DNA from: a virus
IMG/VR virus record: IMGVR_UViG_3300042731_007944
Location: 1 to 64,000 of that record
Direction: 5' to 3' (one strand)
DNA: 64,000 nucleotides
Shown: positions 60,312 to 64,000 of the stretch, in pieces
How positions within the stretch are numbered: position 1 is the stretch's first letter
Layout of the letters: every line of letters begins with the position of its first letter
The notes under the pieces: model-generated
Told to the model about the DNA's origin: nothing
The model's input: only the letters and a program-made list of their open reading frames with translations
Database searches by the model: none
Position numbers and translations under genes: made by a program

Positions 60312-62773
60312 CAGCGGCTCCCCCAGCGGGTGGCGGTGGACACGACGCGGCTTTCCTGGGTGCGCTGGGCGTTCGTGATCCGCTTGGCAAACGCCTCCAC
60401 GCTGCGCTCGTCCACAATATTGTTGCCTTCAAACACGACGGTCACCGGCGCGGTGTGCGCGGGTGTTGCCGCCTGCGCCTGTACCTGTGGCGGCTGATAC
60501 TGTGACCGCGTGGGCATCGTGAGCACGCCTACCCCGCTCGCGCCGTAATACGATCCGCCCCCGGCCAGCGCACTGGCAATGTTCAGGCCCCCTCCGGCCA
60601 TGTACTCGCCGCCTCCGGCCAACATCGTCGCCAGGCTCGATCCAATCGCCTGCCCGGTCGTCTTCGCCTGGGAGGTCACGCCCTGAAGACTCGATCCGAT
60701 GCCGTCCACGGACGCCACGACTTTGTCCGCCCAGGACGCCATTTCTGGGAACACACTATGCTCATAGGCTTCATCGCCCAACGCCTTCACCTCTTCTTTT
60801 GCGCCAAAAATTTTGTCTTTCAATTGTGTCATGGCGACGCCCACTTTGTCAACCATGCGTGACATGCCTTCACTCACCGCTTCCCACGCGCCTGCTAATT
60901 CATTTTTCAGCAAATCAATAATGGTCCGGATACTGTCGCCAAGCGTGCCAAACACATCCAAATACGCTTCTTTAAAGCCATAGGCGCTATCACCCATTAA
61001 TTCAAATCCGGCAACGACCGCCTGAAACAAGGGCATCGTGATTTTACGCGCCTTCTCGATCCCCCCCGCGATACCATCCAGTACCGGCCTGATCACGTCC
61101 CACGCCACACCGAACGCATCGCCCACTTTTTCAGCGAAATCCACAACTTTCGTCAACTTAGGAATCAATTCTGTGAGCGCCGGGCCGAGCGTCGTCACGA
61201 TCTCTTTGGCCGTTGTGAACGCTTTACTCAGGCCCGTTTGCCCGGATTCGTCCGGCGTGGTGTACTTCACAAACACCTCTTTAATCTGCTCGCCCAGGCC
61301 CTTCAGGGTTTCCCAGAATTTCGAGGCCCCGGCTTCAACAGAATCCCAAAGGGTTGCCCCGTGCTCTTCGACATACGTCATCCAGACTTCAAACTGTTCT
61401 GATAGCGGTCCAATGACGGCCCCGGCAAGTTCCAGGGCTTTATCATGGAGAATACCAAACACCTCATGTAATTTCTCGCTGTTCCGGCTCCACTCCTCAA
61501 ATTTGTCAACCAAGGGGTTAATGTAATTTTTGAGGAAATCCGCAAATGTTTCGGCAAATGGTTCGCCGAATGTGATCAAAATGCTATTCCAAATACTACC
61601 AAGGACTTTTTGCGCTTCTGACGCCCGATCTACCTGACGGGCATAACTGTCCATGTGTGAGTTTGCGCTAATAAATGCGTCCTCAGCAATTTTGAAAATA
61701 GATAAAAAGCCCTCTCCAATAGGCATTGTCTGATCCATTGCCGCTGCTAATGTTGAAATAGCTTTGAGGCCGATTGCTCCAAAAGCATCGGTGGCAAGGG
61801 TATTTTGATCAACCCCCGCCCTGATAGATTCAACGGACATATCCAGGCCGTTAAACGCCTCGGTGAGCAAATTCATTGTGTTGAACGAATCCTGTCCGAG
61901 GGCATATTGAATCATTTCACCGAGTGAAGAGAAGGAGATCCGGCTTTTGCCGGTGATCGCCTCTAATCTGGCAATGGCTGCCGTTCCGCCGTCTGATTGT
62001 GCCGTCAGCATTTTCGCTGCGGCGGCTAACGCATCCGTTTTGGTTGTCAGGTTGAAATAGGCACTTCCCATCTGCCGCGATGCGCTCGTGGCCGCTAATC
62101 CTCCTGAGATCAGAGCCCCGCCCCAGGCTGTCGCTTGTTCATAGCTGAGCCTCATCACAGCGTTATTTTGCCCCATTGCCTTGTTAAAATTGCTGATCTC
62201 AAGCTCGTTCGCATTCATGCTTTTGCTGACAGCATCCAGGGCAGAGAGCATATTTGCGGTAGAATCAGCGGCGAGTTTAAAAATGGTCTGGGATTTCCCC
62301 ATGTGGAGGGCGAGCTTTTCCGTACTACCTCCAAATTTATCAAGTGCAACAGCGCCAATCCCGACTTGACGTGAAAATTCGGCGATTGACTCAGCGCCTT
62401 TGATCCCCATCTGACCAGCAACCTGCGCCACTTCAAGAAGGTTGGCGGCCGTCAGACTCCCAATTGGTTTGGCGAGTTCGCGGATCTGTTTGCCGAACTC
62501 ATCAAGGGCATCGCCAGTCATGCCGGTGGTTTTTCCGACTAGCGCGAGGGCGTCATCATACGTTTGGTAGGCATCGACGGCATCAGTCACAAATTCCGTA
62601 CTGATGTCCATCATCGAGGAGGCGACATTGCTAACAAGGTCAATAATGCCACCGAAGGCTTTGGTCGCAATAGAGGCGAGTGATGTGAATGCGCCACCGA
62701 GAGAAGTGACGCCCTTAATTGAACCCCCGAGATCCAGGCGGACTTTTACGGTAATTTCATCGACTGTTGCCAC
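60311..62773 (-). CDS. Phage tail tape measure protein
   Basis: DDALALVGKTTG..A..AGQMGI core, aromatic 11-residue-type repeats, HSVFP motif. Confidence 0.9.
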   Translation of the reverse strand: MATVDEITVKVRLDLGGSIKGVTSLGGAFTSLASIATKAFGGIIDLVSNVASSMMDISTEFVTDAVDAYQTYDDALALVGKTTGMTGDALDEFGKQIRELAKPIGSLTAANLLEVAQVAGQMGIKGAESIAEFSRQVGIGAVALDKFGGSTEKLALHMGKSQTIFKLAADSTANMLSALDAVSKSMNANELEISNFNKAMGQNNAVMRLSYEQATAWGGALISGGLAATSASRQMGSAYFNLTTKTDALAAAAKMLTAQSDGGTAAIARLEAITGKSRISFSSLGEMIQYALGQDSFNTMNLLTEAFNGLDMSVESIRAGVDQNTLATDAFGAIGLKAISTLAAAMDQTMPIGEGFLSIFKIAEDAFISANSHMDSYARQVDRASEAQKVLGSIWNSILITFGEPFAETFADFLKNYINPLVDKFEEWSRNSEKLHEVFGILHDKALELAGAVIGPLSEQFEVWMTYVEEHGATLWDSVEAGASKFWETLKGLGEQIKEVFVKYTTPDESGQTGLSKAFTTAKEIVTTLGPALTELIPKLTKVVDFAEKVGDAFGVAWDVIRPVLDGIAGGIEKARKITMPLFQAVVAGFELMGDSAYGFKEAYLDVFGTLGDSIRTIIDLLKNELAGAWEAVSEGMSRMVDKVGVAMTQLKDKIFGAKEEVKALGDEAYEHSVFPEMASWADKVVASVDGIGSSLQGVTSQAKTTGQAIGSSLATMLAGGGEYMAGGGLNIASALAGGGSYYGASGVGVLTMPTRSQYQPPQVQAQAATPAHTAPVTVVFEGNNIVDERSVEAFAKRITNAQRTQESRVVSTATRWGSR

Positions 62774-62806
62774 TACGTGGTCGTAGAGCGCCCGTGTTGA
62801 CGCCAC

Positions 62807-62926
62807 AAAAAAACCGGACAGACGGAGTGTAGCGGACCCCGTGTTTGTCCGGTAAGAAAATCATGATTTCGTGTGTTGGCAGCAGTATGGCAGGGGGGTG
62901 GTGAAAAGTCAAGTGAAAATTTTCAC
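62807..62926 (-). promoter_or_regulatory. Operator + promoter + leader terminator of the tail operon
   Basis: GTGAAAATTTTCAC-TTGACT-17 bp-CATACT, then a CCGGACA..TGTCCGG hairpin followed by T7. Confidence 0.65.
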
Positions 62927-62940
62927 TGTGAAAAGAAAGG

Positions 62941-63117
62941 CAACTTATTTTTTTGTGCCATAGGGGAAGCGTAAAAAGGCTGACGAAATTTGTCAAGTTT
63001 TTCTCGCAAAAATTATTATAAAAAATGGGTCTTTTTTGGTAAATATACCTTGACAAAAAACCTGTTCATCTGTCAGTATTATCTATGTTGAGAGTTTAAA
63101 GAATAATATTGTTAGCA
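62941..63117 (+). promoter_or_regulatory. attI: attI-R: inverted copy of the attI/Pc/PintI platform with no integrase
   Basis: 62941-63114 is the reverse complement of 9771-9944 with 4 mismatches; crossover G/TTAGCA at 63111. Confidence 0.93.
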
Positions 63118-63130
63118 GGCTTTTGAATAT

Positions 63131-63226
63131 GTGGCGTGTACCGTAGGGGTAACGAGAGGACAGACCTTGTCTCACGTACTCGCGATGCCGTGAGGCCCGT
63201 TGGTTCGATTCCAACCACGCCACCCA
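63131..63226 (+). tRNA. tRNA-like gene with an atypical anticodon arm, inside cassette R1
   Basis: (G)TGGCGTG/CACGCCA(C)-CCA acceptor, D-loop GG, GTTGG-TTCGATT-CCAAC T-arm, long variable region. Confidence 0.75.
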
Positions 63227-63246
63227 CAGAACAAGAAAAGAGGAAG

Positions 63247-63468
63247 ATGATGTCATTAGCAAAGATATTTTTTACCCAGTTAAGACTATCGCTTTGTTTG
63301 CTTTTTTTGCAACTCGTTTTGAAAATTGTTCCAAAAGATGACGATGAAGGAAAACTCATTATAGCATCAATTGGTGCATTGGCAAAAATGGAGTCGGCCT
63401 TGTTATCGTCACAACTGCCTGCTAACAAGGCCATGCAAAAGACACAGGCCGATGCCCGCAAAAATTAG
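63247..63468 (+). CDS. Small hypothetical protein (cassette R1), reads into attC
   Basis: GAGGA RBS; hydrophobic N-terminus. Confidence 0.6.
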   Translation: MMSLAKIFFTQLRLSLCLLFLQLVLKIVPKDDDEGKLIIASIGALAKMESALLSSQLPANKAMQKTQADARKN

Positions 63469-63542
63469 GAAATAACTATATACTGTATCGCCCGCTATCA
63501 GGTTCACTCTTTGCCTGTGCTTCTGATGGCCGGCCGTTATGA
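63420..63542 (+). repeat. attC: attC site (123 bp) closing cassette R1
   Basis: TGCTAAC...GTTATGA. GCCTGCTAAC is the perfect complement of GTTAGCAGGC at attI-R. Confidence 0.9.
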
Positions 63543-63553
63543 GGCTTCGTTAA

Positions 63554-63829
63554 ATGGCAATCCGATTAAGGAAAATAGAAAATACGTATGTAGCGTTATG
63601 TGCTGTTGAATCAGACGCAAAAGTTGGCGATATTTATCTTGATGATAATATGCACCATGCGCTTTATACGAAATTCGCAATAGATTTTAATAGTGAGCGG
63701 AATTGCGGTATTGTGTTTGATGAAATTGTCGCAAAACTTATGGAGTCTCAAAAGGTTCGTGATGCACAAGAAGAAGCCGAGAGGTGGAGTGCAGAACGCC
63801 GTCATAACGCTCCAAATCAGCAGAGGTGA
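63554..63829 (+). CDS. Phage-like hypothetical protein (cassette R2)
   Basis: GAGG RBS after attC; ALCA.E...GD.YLDD..H.AL..KF. Confidence 0.75.
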   Translation: MAIRLRKIENTYVALCAVESDAKVGDIYLDDNMHHALYTKFAIDFNSERNCGIVFDEIVAKLMESQKVRDAQEEAERWSAERRHNAPNQQR

Positions 63830-63832
63830 CGT

Positions 63833-64000
63833 ATGCGAGAAATAAATTTATTGAAGTGGATGCGAGATCATTGTTTGCGTTATGGCAGTATTGGAATTGC
63901 TGCAAAAAGATTCACTGTCTCGAATATTTGCTATGAATTGTTCATAGACCGCGATACCATTACGACGGAGATTGAAAAAATGGTTGAAAGTGGTTTGGTA
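63833..64000 (+). CDS. Partial ORF, possibly winged-helix (MREINLLKW...)
   Basis: GAGGTG RBS; open to the end of the window. Confidence 0.5.
   Translation, partial: MREINLLKWMRDHCLRYGSIGIAAKRFTVSNICYELFIDRDTITTEIEKMVESGLV

Noticed and set aside
63136-63246. N-terminal part of ORF 63136-63468
   Set aside because: It overlaps the tRNA-like gene; the ATG at 63247 has the RBS.

Overview
The window holds most of a temperate phage or phage-plasmid-like element (about 9.9-62.9 kb) flanked on both sides by outward-facing integron cassette arrays. One intact integron integrase (IntI, 9924-10883) sits beside attI-L and a leftward array of at least 7 cassettes. That array includes a 4-kb cassette with a fused R-M-S enzyme plus an AntA/BstA-like gene, a cassette with a HEPN-like gene plus a Panacea toxin-antitoxin pair, and several small phage-like genes. 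The 174-bp attI/promoter platform is duplicated in inverted orientation 53 kb away (62941-63114, 4 mismatches) without an integrase. It heads a second array whose first cassette carries a tRNA-like gene. Between the platforms lie putative lysis and late genes, two Dam-family MTases, a radical SAM enzyme, DnaB with an initiator, a tRNA(CAT) next to an ~800-nt ORF-free structured region, recombination genes and an XRE repressor. Also present are an array-less type IV-B CRISPR-Cas operon with cysH and ibrAB-like genes, a c-di-GMP-I riboswitch ahead of a membrane-bound sigma-54 activator with two divergent sigma-54 promoters, an FtsK/TraB-Rep-Xis-ParM plasmid-like module, an IS200/IS605 element and a tail module. 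No capsid, portal, terminase or conventional phage integrase is visible. All calls come from motif recognition by eye; no database searches were run.
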